A stretch of DNA of 64,000 nt from Eledone cirrhosa (taxonomy: Eukaryota). Shown piece by piece: positions 1-11,800 of the stretch. The stretch spans positions 126,356,001 through 126,420,000 of the forward strand of contig OZ024744.1 of NCBI GenBank assembly GCA_964016885.1. The letters are read 5' to 3'. Both the position numbers and the translations under genes were made by a program. A model generated the notes under the pieces. It was not told the DNA's origin. It searched no databases and saw only the letters and a list, made by a program, of their open reading frames with translations. The stretch's first letter is position 1. Each line of letters begins with the position of its first letter.

Positions 1-153
1 TGTAGGCGGAGATTGTGTCGTAGCTGGTGGTGTCCCAGATGAGGGACCTACGTCCTTCGAATGGGAAGAGAGTGATTCCGTCGGGGCGCTTGCCATCTCC
101 GGGACCTGTTGGCCCCAGTTGTGATGGGAAGCCAGCTGCGTCCAGGCTTCTTC
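1..153 (-). other. GC-rich, stop-free S/P/T-rich frame running out of the window (possible exon or retroelement ORF1 fragment)
   Basis: Manual minus-strand translation gives EEAWTQLASHHNWGQQVPEMASAPTESLSSHSKDVGPSSGTPPATTQSPPT, with ATG at 96-94. Composition contrasts with the AT-rich DNA after ~180. No family recognised. Confidence 0.15.
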
Positions 154-469
154 TCAATATGTCGTTGACAACGACGTGTATCTATTCAATAATTATTTGA
201 ATATTGAAATTTTAGGTTTAACTACCTTTTAAACCAAATACATTAAGAAAGGCATGACCAACACCACATCATTTTTATTTCTATTTTGAAAGTAGGTTTA
301 TAAGTATTAAATTTCAGTAGATTCTTATATCCTTCATGGTGGTCTGGTGGGAGATACGAGAGATGGTGGAGGTTCTGGTCTGGGGTTCAATCCTGCTCAG
401 GAGATACTCTAAGGGGGTTCATACTAAACTTCTTCAGTGTTTCTTATCTCTAGAGACAAATATATATAC

Positions 470-612
470 ATAAGGTAATCTGGTAAAGTTGTTAGAACAT
501 CACATAGAATTCTTTGTAGTATTTTTTCCAGTTCTTCAATCTGAGTTCAACTTTACTTTTCTTCCATTCGGGGTTGATAATAACGTACCAGTCAAATACT
601 AGGGGTTAATTC
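470..612 (+). mobile_element. Degenerate SINE copy (octopus-type)
   Basis: Contains tctgagttcaa...ctttactttt...cattcggggttgataa...gtaccagt...actaggggttaatt. The same motif order recurs at 3886-4046, 26140-26200, 26425-26484 and 34935-35010. Confidence 0.55.
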
Positions 613-724
613 TTCCTCTATATCTCTTTCTCACTCTCTGTCTGTTTTATTAAGACCTGGAGAGGTGATGTACTCTACCAGGTTTTATAATGAGTGATGG
701 GGTCATACCTGCCTGCTACACCTC

Positions 725-1045
725 TGTGTACTAAGTGTAGCATATTATATCCTTGTTCAGGGCCTTCCTGACATTACTGTGTACTAAGGGTAGCATTTTA
801 TATCCTTGTTCAGGGCCATCTTAACATTGCTGTGTACTAAGTGTAGCATATTATATCCTTGTTCGGGGCCTTCCTGACATTAGTGTGTACTGAGTGTAGA
901 TTTTAACATCCTTGTTCTGGGCCTTCCTAACATTACTGTGTACTGAGTGTAGATTTTAACATCTTTGTTCAGAGCCTTCCTTACATTACTGTGTACTAAG
1001 TGTAGCATTTCATATACTTGTTCTGGGCCTTCCTAACGTTACTGT
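725..1045. repeat. Minisatellite, ~53-bp unit, ~6 copies
   Basis: tgtgtactaagtgtagcatattatatccttgttcagggccttcctgacattac recurs at 725, 778, 831 and onward. Confidence 0.9.
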
Positions 1046-1820
1046 GGAAATAGTAGTTTATATCCAATATGTAATATAGATATGGATTCTACAGGACTAA
1101 AACTCATTAATATGAGGGGTATTAGTAGATTATATGCCATATTTAATAGAGAAATGGCTTCTACAAGACTAAAACTCATTAATATGAGGGGTATTACAGT
1201 TTATATGCCATATTTAATACAGAAATGGCTTCTAAAGGACTAGAACTCTTTAAATTGAATAAAATAGTAGTATATATCCTATGTTTAATACAGAAATGCC
1301 TTCTAAAGGACTCATTAATATGAGGGTATTAGTAGATTATATAACATATTTAATACAGAAATGGCTTTTAAATTCAGGGACTCGTTAATTTGATGGAAAT
1401 AGTAGTGTCTATGCAATATTTAATACAGAAATAGCTTCTACAGGACTAAAACTAATTAATATGAGGGGTATTAGTAGTATATGTGCCATATTTAATACAG
1501 AGATGGCTTCTAAATGGAGGTATCTCATTAATTCGATTGAAATGGTAGTGTATATGCAATATTTAATACAGAAATAGCTTCTACAAGAATAAAACTCATT
1601 AATATGAAGGTTATTATTACATTATATGCCATATTTAATACAGAAATCGGTTCTAAAGGACTAGAACTCTTTAATTCAAATCAAATAGTAGTATAAAGCA
1701 ATATTTACTACAGAAATGGCTTCTACAAGACTAAAAATCCTTAATATGAGGGGTATTGTTAGATTATATACCATATTTAATACAGAAATGGCTTCTAAAT
1801 GAAGAAATCTCTTTAATTCG
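1046..1820. repeat. AT-rich minisatellite, ~70-bp unit, ~11 diverged copies with two alternating subtypes
   Basis: atttaatacagaaatggcttcta...ggactaaaactcattaatatgaggggtatta recurs about every 70 bp. Confidence 0.85.
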
Positions 1821-2480
1821 ATAGTAATAGTAATAATAATAATAGTAATAGTAATAATACAGCCAATTTTCCACGCAATACTTTTAGTTAGCACCCCGAA
1901 CGCATAATTGGGAATATAATCACTTATTTCCTAATGTTTGTTGAGTGAGTTGGGAAAAAAAACTTGGGAAATATATTTTCAGGGTCTCAAAATCTTAAAG
2001 AGAAAAAAAAGTCCTGTGGAAGGTAGCAAAACAATTAGGAAGAAAATGGTTTGAAGTTGGTTGGTGAGTATAAGATTACAGTATCTTGTTGATTTCTATA
2101 AAGTTTACTTTTAACTGAATTGGTAAAAATGGATAAATTAGAAGACACAATATAATAACTAATATTGTCTTCTAAAACAGGGAATAAAAATATGTTGGTG
2201 TATTGGGGGGGGGGGGGGGGGTAAACATGTGAGTTAATGGGAATGTTTTTGTTTGTTTTTATTGAAACATATTCAATCTACAGATAGGTTGTTATAGTTA
2301 TTTAGTCTCGGGTCTGCCATTATCTGCAGATTTATAATTGAGGGGTGTTCCAGGTGTGACCACCCTACATTATTCCTAGAGATTGTTACTCCTTCATTCT
2401 TCAGTCATCTTGGTCTTCTTATGAGATGGTGGTGTAGTCTTATTTATTGTTAAGGTTATGGTCTTCCTTTGTCCACACTC

Positions 2481-2481
<1 letters not shown>

Positions 2482-2522
<41 letters not shown>
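2482..2522. repeat. (TATC)n microsatellite
   Basis: Read directly from the sequence. Confidence 0.95.
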
Positions 2523-2859
2523 AAAGGCTTCCTTCTCTGGAAAAAGATGATTTAATATTCACAACCATCTGTCTAATTGTTTTCTGATGAGAATAAAGTT
2601 AATCTTGCTTGTATGTCTACCTGATCAAATGACTGGCTGATATCTTGAAGTCATTTACACCACAGAACTGTAGGAGTCTTGATCCCTCAAGCCATACCTC
2701 TAGCCATCATGTACTCCAAAAGAGTCTCACCTTGGTGCTACTCAACATGTCCATTAAATTTAGCAGCAAGGATGCCCTCTTCTTAGTGAGAGACAACTAC
2801 AAGAGAGGTTCTTAGAGAAGAATAAGCCACTATAGTTAACTTTTGTTGACATAGAGAAC

Positions 2860-3550
2860 CCCGATCTGTCATCTGGTGGTCCTTAAGGAAACTAGGTGTA
2901 GGGGAATGGCTTGTGAGGACAGTGCAAGCTATGTACAAGGGTGCTGTCAGTAAAGTGAGAGGAGGAATTCCAGAAACAAAGTAGGTGTACATCAGGGTTC
3001 GGTCCTCAGTCCGCTCTTGTTCATTATAGTCCTCCCTCCCTCCCTCCCTCCCTCCCTCCAAGCCATAACAGAGGAGGAGTAGTTTAAGACTGGATGCCCA
3101 TGGGAACTTCTCTATGCTGACGATCTGGTTCTTATAGCAGAATCAGTAGAGGAGCTAGCTAGAGAATAAATTCTGGCTATGGAAACAGCAGTAGTTGGAA
3201 TCAAGAAGACTGAGAGTGAACCTAGCTAAGACAAAAGTGTTTATAAGTAGAAGAGAGGACAAAACTCTGATTCTGTCAGGGAAATGGCCATGTTCGATAT
3301 GTAGGAAAGGAGTTGGCATAAATTCTATGAAATGTAGTACGCAATGCAGATCTTGGCTACACAAGAGATGTAGTGGGATAGCAGGAAAACTGACTGACAG
3401 GTAGGGAGAAATACGTATGCAGTAGATGTACAGGGAAATTTGACAGAGATTGCAGTGATAGACACATTTTTCAAATGCAGGTGGGATCTATAGAGGGAGT
3501 TGATAGCTTCTGATACCTAGGTGATCAGATTAGTAAGGGAGGAGGGTGAT
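2860..3550 (+). mobile_element. Decayed non-LTR retrotransposon (RTE-like LINE) reverse-transcriptase fragment
   Basis: Encodes V-H-Q-G-S-V-L-S-P-L-L-F (~2985-3022), G-C-P-W-E-L-L-Y-A-D-D-L-V-L (3091-3132; YADD catalytic motif), RLRVNLAKTKV and a Cys-rich stretch. Interrupted by frameshifts, stops and a (CCCT)n insert. Confidence 0.85.
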
Positions 3551-3885
3551 ATAAAATATATTGTTATCATGACTGTCTTTATTATTTAAATTACCTCTGT
3601 CTATTTACAGATTTTACAGAGTGTACTGGGTGCTTTTATGATGGGAGCAGCAACTCTATACGATTTTACAGAGTGTACTTGGTGCTTTTATCATGGCACA
3701 TGGCAGCAGCAGCAGCAGCAACTACGATTTTACAGAGTGTACTTGGTGCTTTTTACTCTGACATCAGCACTGAGGAAGTTGTCATATTTTCAGCTAAATT
3801 AATGAGTAGAAAAACCAAGTTTCTGCTACAAAAAATTCTCAGATTCAAGGGAGACATTCAGTTTAAGTATGGTATACTGTCACTA

Positions 3886-4046
3886 AGGCAGCAAATTGGC
3901 AGAGTCGCTAGAATATCAGATAGCATTCTTTACATTATTTGTTTCAGCTCTCTGTTCTCTCAATTCAAATCCTGCTCAGGTCAACTTTGCCTTTCATCCA
4001 TACAAAATAGATTAATAAAAGTACCAGTGTATTACTGGGGTCAATT
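3886..4046 (+). mobile_element. SINE copy (octopus-type)
   Basis: aaggcagcaaattggcagagtcgctag...ttcaaatcctgctcaggtcaactttgcctttcatcc...aaagtaccagtgtattactggggtcaatt. Confidence 0.65.
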
Positions 4047-4074
4047 CTTCTTCTAACTCTTCTGCACTTCCATT

Positions 4075-4106
4075 CTCTCACTCTCTCTCTCTCTCTCTCT
4101 CTCTCT
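4075..4106. repeat. (CT)n microsatellite
   Basis: Read directly from the sequence. Confidence 0.9.
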
Positions 4107-4329
4107 ATGCTTCTTTAGAACACATCTGCTGTATTCAGACCTGGAGCGGAGATGGGCTCCACCAAGTTTTAAAAATTGCCCTTTAAGCGCTGTATGTCAA
4201 TATGGTGCCCCTATGATTCCCTCCCTCAGGAGTTATGGGACCATAGATACTGTCAATTGTAAAGAATAACAGAGATATTCAGTGCTAGTGTGGTGTTCTG
4301 TCAGTTGTGGAGATTGATGAATCTAAACA

Positions 4330-4560
4330 GAAATATCAACAGCACTTTTCATTTCTGAGTAACACATTTGTTACCAAGTGCTGCATGGCTGGAATGAAAA
4401 TCAGTGCTGTGAAAACCAAGACATTCATCCTCTCAAGGAAGCTTGTGCAGTGCACTCTACATGTAAATGGAGTCCCACTGAAGCAGGTAGAAAAGTTCAT
4501 GTATCTCGAAGCTGTGTTCACGAGTGATGACAGAGACGGCAAAGGCACAACACACAACAG
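4330..4560 (+). mobile_element. LINE RT C-terminal fragment
   Basis: ORF 4307-4576 contains GMKISAVKTK...VNGVPLKQVEKFMYL, which matches the 'GLxIS..KTK...L..V..F.YLG' region downstream of the LINE RT YADD motif. Confidence 0.65.
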
Positions 4561-4667
4561 AAGAAAAGAACAATGACAATTATTATTATTATTATTATTA
4601 TTATTTGTTTTATTAGTTTTATTATAATAAAAATTGTGCTGTTAGTTTGCTTGCTATACCATCATGT

Positions 4668-4755
4668 ACCCTAACCCTAAACCTAACCCCAACTCCAACT
4701 CTGACCCTAAACCTAACCCCAACCCCAACCCTAACCCTAACCCTAACCCTAACCC
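4668..4755 (-). repeat. Interstitial telomeric repeat tract, (CCCTAA)n on + strand, partly degenerate
   Basis: About 14 hexamers: ccctaa ccctaa acctaa ccccaa ... ccctaa ccctaa ccctaa ccctaa ccc. TTAGGG is the established mollusc telomere repeat. Confidence 0.85.
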
Positions 4756-5344
4756 ACGATAGAAGACGTTCGTTACCGCTGGAGCAACGCAAATTACTCC
4801 TCGGTTGACGCCAAAAACGAACGCCTTCTCGACGGCTAGCCGCATTTCGTGATCCGCCTTTCGATTGCGCTTCCGTCGCGGAAAAAGAATTGCCTTTATA
4901 GGCCGCCGCCGCCGCCCGACCGGACCCACGATAGAAGACGTTCGTTACCGCTGGAGCAACGCAAATTACTCCTCGGTTGACGCCAAAAACGAACGCCTTC
5001 TCGACGGCTAGCCGCATTTCGTGATCCGCCTTTCGATTGCGCTTCCGTCGCGGAAAAAGAATTGCCTTTATAGGCCGCCGCCGCCGCCCGACCGGACCCA
5101 CGATAGAAGACGTTCGTTACCGCTGGAGCAACGCAAATTACTCCTCGGTTGACGCCAAAAACGAACGCCTTCTCGACGGCTAGCCGCATTTCGTGATCCG
5201 CCTTTCGATTGCGCTTCCGTCGCGGAAAAAGAATTGCCTTTATAGGCCGCCGCCGCCGCCCGACCGGACCCACGATAGAAGACGTTCGTTACCGCTGGAG
5301 CAACGCAAATTACTCCTCGGTTGACGCCAAAAACGAACGCCTTC
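4753..5344 (+). repeat. 172-bp GC/CpG-rich tandem repeat, ~3.4 copies; probable rDNA intergenic-spacer or ETS subrepeats
   Basis: cccacgatagaagacg at 4753, 4925, 5097 and 5269. A further partial copy lies at 5598-5650. The array sits directly upstream of an 18S 5' end, and each full unit has a tttatagg motif. Confidence 0.8.
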
Positions 5345-5693
5345 CGGTTCGGGCGACGTAAAAGTCTGTAGCCTTTTCGCCGATCCTCGACGATTATCCG
5401 CCTTCCGAACAACCGCCGTCACAGCAGTAGGTACTCGTCCGTCGTAATAGCCGTCATTTTAATGCAGGAGAAACGCCTAAATGCACTGCGATTAACGACG
5501 ATCTACGACGCGCTTACTCTTCCTTGCTGCGACGAAGGTTTCGTTCGGCTTTTCGTCGTGGACCCGGTCAGGTCATGCCGCTGATCTCGCGTTGCGTCGT
5601 TACCGCTGGAGCAACGCAAATTACTCCTCGTTTAACGCCAACATCGAACGCGCTTCGGTTCTCGGTCGTCGTTGTTTTGTTTCGTGCGGAAGA
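5345..5693 (+). other. 5' external transcribed spacer-like leader
   Basis: CpG-rich sequence between the spacer repeats and the first 18S nucleotide. Assignment is by position only. Confidence 0.5.
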
Positions 5694-5880
5694 TACCTGG
5701 GTGATCCTGCCAGTAGTCATATGCTTGTCTCAAAGCTTAAGCCATGCAAGTGGAAGTTCATGCCGTAAACGAAAATGGTGAAACCGCGAATGGCTCAGGA
5801 ACCGGATCTAATCCTCGGGACCGTATTCCTCACCGCGAGGAGAGGATAACTGTGGCAATTCTAGAGCTAATACATGCAAT
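5694..5880 (+). pseudogene. 18S rRNA: 18S rRNA 5' fragment (first ~185 nt, truncated)
   Basis: tacctgggtgatcctgccagtagtcatatgcttgtctcaaagcttaagccatgca...gaaaccgcgaatggctca...ggataactgtggcaattctagagctaatacatgc matches the canonical eukaryotic 18S start. It includes an exact NS1 primer site, gtagtcatatgcttgtctc. Confidence 0.93.
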
Positions 5881-8800
5881 TGAGATCGGAGAGGGAGCGA
5901 TCCGTCTGCTTGATTCCGATAACGAACGAGACATTCGTATCCGAAAGAACGTTTGTCTGGAAACTGGTGCAGTCAGTGAGTCGAAAAAAAAATATCTCGG
6001 TGGTAGTAGCAAATATTCGAACGAGACATTCGTATGCGAAAGAACGTTTGTCGGTGGTAGTAGCAAATATTCGAACGAGACATTCGTATGCGAAAGAACG
6101 TTTGTCGGTGGTAGTAGCAAATATTCGAACGAGACATTCGTATGCGAAAGAACGTTTGTCTGGAAGTGGCGATCCATGCCCGGTGGATAGTTGGTTCCGG
6201 GTTTTACTATGATTGTTGCAAAACAGAAACTTAAAGGGATTGACAGAATTTGCGATTCCGGAGAGAGGGCGATCCGTCTGCTTGATTCCGATAACGAACG
6301 AGACATTCGTATCCGAAAGAACGTTTGTCTGGAAACTGGTGAGTCAGTGAGTCGAAAAAAAAATATCTCGGTGGTAGTAGCAAATATTCGTATGCGAAAG
6401 AAAAGATCTCGGTGGTAGTAGCAAATATTCGAACGAGACATTCGTATGCGAAAGAACGTTTGTCTGGAAGTGGCGATCCATGCCCGGTGGATAGTTGGTT
6501 CCGGGTTTTACTATGATTGTTGCAAAACAGAAACTTAAAGGGATTGACAGAATTTGCGATTACGGAGAGGGGGCGATCCGTCTGCTTGATTCCGATAACG
6601 AACGAGACATTCGTATCCGAAAGAACGTTTGTCTGGAAACTGGTGAGTCAGTGAGTCGAAAAAAAAATATCTCGGTGGTAGTAGCAAATATTCGAACGAG
6701 ACATTCGTATGCGAAAGAACGTTTGTCGGTGGTAGTAGCAAATATTCGAACGAGACATTCGTATGCGAAAGAACGTTTGTCTGGAAGTGGCGATCCATGC
6801 CCGGTGGATAGTTGGTTCCGGGTTTTACTATGATTGTTGCAAAACAGAAACTTAAAGGGATTGACAGAATTTGCGATTACGGAGAGGGGGCGATCCGTCT
6901 GCTTGATTCCGATAACGAACGAGACATTCGTATCCGAAAGAACGTTTGTCTGGAAACTGGTGAGTCAGTGAGTCGAAAAAAAAAATATCTCGGTGGTAGT
7001 AGCAAATATTCGAACGAGACATTCGTATGCGAAAGAACGTTTGTCGGTGGTAGTAGCAAATATTCGAACGAGACATTCGTATGCGAAAGAACGTTTGTCG
7101 GTGGTAGTAGCAAATATTCGAACGAGACATTCGTATGCGAAAGAACGTTTGTCTGGAAGTGGCGATCCATGCTCGGTGGATAGTTGGTTCCGGGTTTTAC
7201 TATGATTGTTGCAAAACAGAAACTTAAAGGGATTGACAGAATTTGCGATTCCGGAGAGGGGGCGATCCGTCTGCTTGATTCCGATAACGAACGAGACATT
7301 CGTATCCGAAAGAACGTTTGTCTGGAAACTGGTGAGTCAGTGAGTCGAAAAAAAAATATCTCGGTGGTAGTAGCAAATATTCGTATGCGAAAGAAAAGAT
7401 CTCGGTGGTAGTAGCAAATATTCGAACGAGACATTCGTAGGCGAAAGAAAAATATCTCGGTGGTAGTAGCAAATATTCGAACGAGACATTCGTATTCGAA
7501 AGAACGTTTGTCTGGAAGTTGCGATCCATGCCCTGTGGATAGTTGGTTCCGGGTTTTACTATGATTGTTGCAAAACAGAAACTTAAAGGGATTGACAGAA
7601 TTTGCGATTCCGGAGAGGGGGCAATCCGTCTGCTTGATTCCGATAACGAACGAGATATTCGTATCCGAAAGAACGTTTGTCTGGAAACTGGTGAGTCAGT
7701 GAGTCGAAAAAAAAAATATCTCGGTGGTAGTAGCAAATATTCGAACGAGACATTCGTATGCGAAAGAACGTGTGTCGGTGGTAGTAGCAAATATTCGAAC
7801 GAGACATTCGTATGCGAAAGAACGTTTGTCTGGAAGTGGCGATCCATGCTCGGTGGATAGTTGGTTCCGGGTTTTACTATGATTGTTGCAAAACAGAAAC
7901 TTAAAGGGATTGACAGAATTTGCGATTCCGGAGAGGGGGCGATCCGTCTGCTTGATTCCGATAACGAACGAGACATTCGTATCCGAAAGAACGTTTGTCT
8001 GGAAACTGGTGAGTCAGTGAGTCGAAAAAAAAATATCTCGGTGGTAGTAGCAAATATTCGAACGAGACATTCGTATGCGAAAGAACGTTTGTCGGTGGTA
8101 GTAGCAAATATTCGAACGAGACATTCGTATGCGAAAGAACGTTTGTCGGTGGTAGTAGCAAATATTCGAACGAGACATTCGTATGCGAAAGAACGTTTGT
8201 CTGGAAACTGGTGAGTCAGTGAGTCGAAAAAAAAATATCTCGGTGGTAGTAGCAAATATTCGAACGAGACATTCGTATGCGAAAGAAAAATATCTCGGTG
8301 GTAGTAGCAAATATTCGAACGAGACATTCGTATGCGAAAGAACGTTTGTCTGGAAGTGGCGATCCATGCCCGGTGGATAGTTGGTTCCGGGTTTTACTAT
8401 GATTGTTGCAAAACAGAAACTTAAAGGGATTGACAGAATTTGCGATTCCGGAGAGGGGGCGATCCGTCTGCTTGATTCCGATAACGAACGAGACATTCGT
8501 ATCCGAAAGAACGTTTGTCTGGAAACTGGTGAGTCAGTGAGTCGAAAAAAAAATATCTCGGTGGTAGTAGCAAATATTCGAACGAGACATTCGTATGCGA
8601 AAGAACGTTTGTCGGTGGTAGTAGCAAATATTCGAACGAGACATTCGTATGCGAAAGAACGTTTGTCTGGAAGTGGCGATCCATGCCCGGTGGATAGTTG
8701 GTTCCGGGTTTTACTATGATTGTTGCAAAACAGAAACTTAAAGGGATTGACAGAATTTGCGATTCCGGAGAGGGGGCGATCCGTCTGCTTGATTCCGATA

Positions 8801-11800
8801 ACGAACGAGACATTCGTATCCGAAAGAACGTTTGTCTGGAAACTGGTGAGTCAGTGAGTCGAAAAAAAAATATCTCGGTGGTAGTAGCAAATATTCGAAC
8901 GAGACATTCGTATGCGAAAGAACGTTTGTCGGTGGTAGTAGCAAATATTCGAACGAGACATTCGTATGCGAAAGAACGTTTGTCTGGAAGTGGCGATCCA
9001 TGCCCGGTGGATAGTTGGTTCCGGGTTTTACTATGATTGTTGCAAAACAGAAACTTAAAGGGATTGACAGAATTTGCGATTACGGAGAGGGGGCGATCCG
9101 TCTGCTTGATTCCGATAACGAACGAGACATTCGTATCCGAAAGAACGTTTGTCTGGAAACTGGTGAGTCAGTGAGTCGAAAAAAAAATATCTCGGTGGTA
9201 GTAGCAAATATTCGTATGCGAAAGAAAAGATCTCGGTGGTAGTAGCAAATATTCGAACGAGACATTCGTAGGCGAAAGAAAAATATCTCGGTGGTAGTAG
9301 CAAATATTCGAACGAGACATTCGTATTCGAAAGAACGTTTGTCTGGAAGTTGCGATCCATGCCCGGTGGATAGTTGGTTCCGGGTTTTACTATGATTGTT
9401 GCAAAACAGAAACTTAAAGGGATTGACAGAATTTGCGATTCCGGAGAGGGGGCGATCCGTCTGCTTGATTCCGATAACGAACGAGACATTCGTATCCGAA
9501 AGAACGTTTGTCTGGAAACTGGTGAGTCAGTGAGTCGAAAAAAAAAATATCTCGGTGGTAGTAGCAAATATTCGAACGAGACATTCGTATGCGAAAGAAC
9601 GTTTGTCGGTGGTAGTAGCAAATATTCGAACGAGACATTCGTATGCGAAAGAACGTTTGTCGGTGGTAGTAGCAAATATTCGAACGAGACATTCGTATTC
9701 GAAAGAACGTTTGTCTGGAAGTGGCGATCCATGCCCGGTGGATAGTTGGTTCCGGGCTTTACTATGATTGTTGCAAAACAGAAACTTAAAGGGATTGACA
9801 GAATTTGCGATTCCGGAGAGGGGGCGATCCGTCTGCTTGATTCCGATAACGAACGAGACATTCGTATCCGAAAGAACGTTTGTCTGGAAACTGGTGAGTC
9901 AGTGAGTCGAAAAAAAAATATCTCGGTGGTAGTAGCAAATATTCGTATGCGAAAGAAAAGATCTCGGTGGTAGTAGCAAATATTCGAACGAGACATTCGT
10001 AGGCGAAAGAAAAATATCTCGGTGGTAGTAGCAAATATTCGAACGAGACATTCGTATTCGAAAGAACGTTTGTCTGGAAGTTGCGATCCATGCCCTGTGG
10101 ATAGTTGGTTCCGGGTTTTACTATGATTGTTGCAAAACAGAAACTTAAAGGGATTGACAGAATTTGCGATTCCGGAGAGGGGGCAATCCGTCTGCTTGAT
10201 TCCGATAACGAACGAGATATTCGTATCCGAAAGAACGTTTGTCTGGAAACTGGTGAGTCAGTGAGTCGAAAAAAAAAATATCTCGGTGGTAGTAGCAAAT
10301 ATTCGAACGAGACATTCGTATGCGAAAGAACGTGTGTCGGTGGTAGTAGCAAATATTCGAACGAGACATTCGTATGCGAAAGAACGTTTGTCTGGAAGTG
10401 GCGATCCATGCTCGGTGGATAGTTGGTTCCGGGTTTTACTATGATTGTTGCAAAACAGAAACTTAAAGGGATTGACAGAATTTGCGATTCCGGAGAGGGG
10501 GCGATCCGTCTGCTTGATTCCGATAACGAACGAGACATTCGTATCCGAAAGAACGTTTGTCTGGAAACTGGTGAGTCAGTGAGTCGAAAAAAAAATATCT
10601 CGGTGGTAGTAGCAAATATTCGAACGAGACATTCGTATGCGAAAGAACGTTTGTCGGTGGTAGTAGCAAATATTCGAACGAGACATTCGTATGCGAAAGA
10701 ACGTTTGTCGGTGGTAGTAGCAAATATTCGAACGAGACATTCGTATGCGAAAGAACGTTTGTCTGGAAACTGGTGAGTCAGTGAGTCGAAAAAAAAATAT
10801 CTCGGTGGTAGTAGCAAATATTCGAACGAGACATTCGTATGCGAAAGAAAAATATCTCGGTGGTAGTAGCAAATATTCGAACGAGACATTCGTATGCGAA
10901 AGAACGTTTGTCTGGAAGTGGCGATCCATGCCCGGTGGATAGTTGGTTCCGGGTTTTACTATGATTGTTGCAAAACAGAAACTTAAAGGGATTGACAGAA
11001 TTTGCGATTCCGGAGAGGGGGCGATCCGTCTGCTTGATTCCGATAACGAACGAGACATTCGTATCCGAAAGAACGTTTGTCTGGAAACTGGTGAGTCAGT
11101 GAGTCGAAAAAAAAATATCTCGGTGGTAGTAGCAAATATTCGAACGAGACATTCGTATGCGAAAGAACGTTTGTCGGTGGTAGTAGCAAATATTCGAACG
11201 AGACATTCGTATGCGAAAGAACGTTTGTCTGGAAGTGGCGATCCATGCCCGGTGGATAGTTGGTTCCGGGTTTTACTATGATTGTTGCAAAACAGAAACT
11301 TAAAGGGATTGACAGAATTTGCGATTCCGGAGAGGGGGCGATCCGTCTGCTTGATTCCGATAACGAACGAGACATTCGTATCCGAAAGAACGTTTGTCTG
11401 GAAACTGGTGAGTCAGTGAGTCGAAAAAAAAATATCTCGGTGGTAGTAGCAAATATTCGAACGAGACATTCGTATGCGAAAGAACGTTTGTCGGTGGTAG
11501 TAGCAAATATTCGAACGAGACATTCGTATGCGAAAGAACGTTTGTCTGGAAGTGGCGATCCATGCCCGGTGGATAGTTGGTTCCGGGTTTTACTATGATT
11601 GTTGCAAAACAGAAACTTAAAGGGATTGACAGAATTTGCGATTACGGAGAGGGGGCGATCCGTCTGCTTGATTCCGATAACGAACGAGACATTCGTATCC
11701 GAAAGAACGTTTGTCTGGAAACTGGTGAGTCAGTGAGTCGAAAAAAAAATATCTCGGTGGTAGTAGCAAATATTCGTATGCGAAAGAAAAGATCTCGGTG

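Noticed and set aside
3673-4056. 127-aa ORF with poly-Ala
   Set aside because: It runs through a (GCA)n tract, a local duplication and a SINE, with no homology signal.
4622-5422. RVRVRV / GLGLGL-containing ORFs
   Set aside because: These are translations of the telomeric hexamer and the 172-bp repeats.
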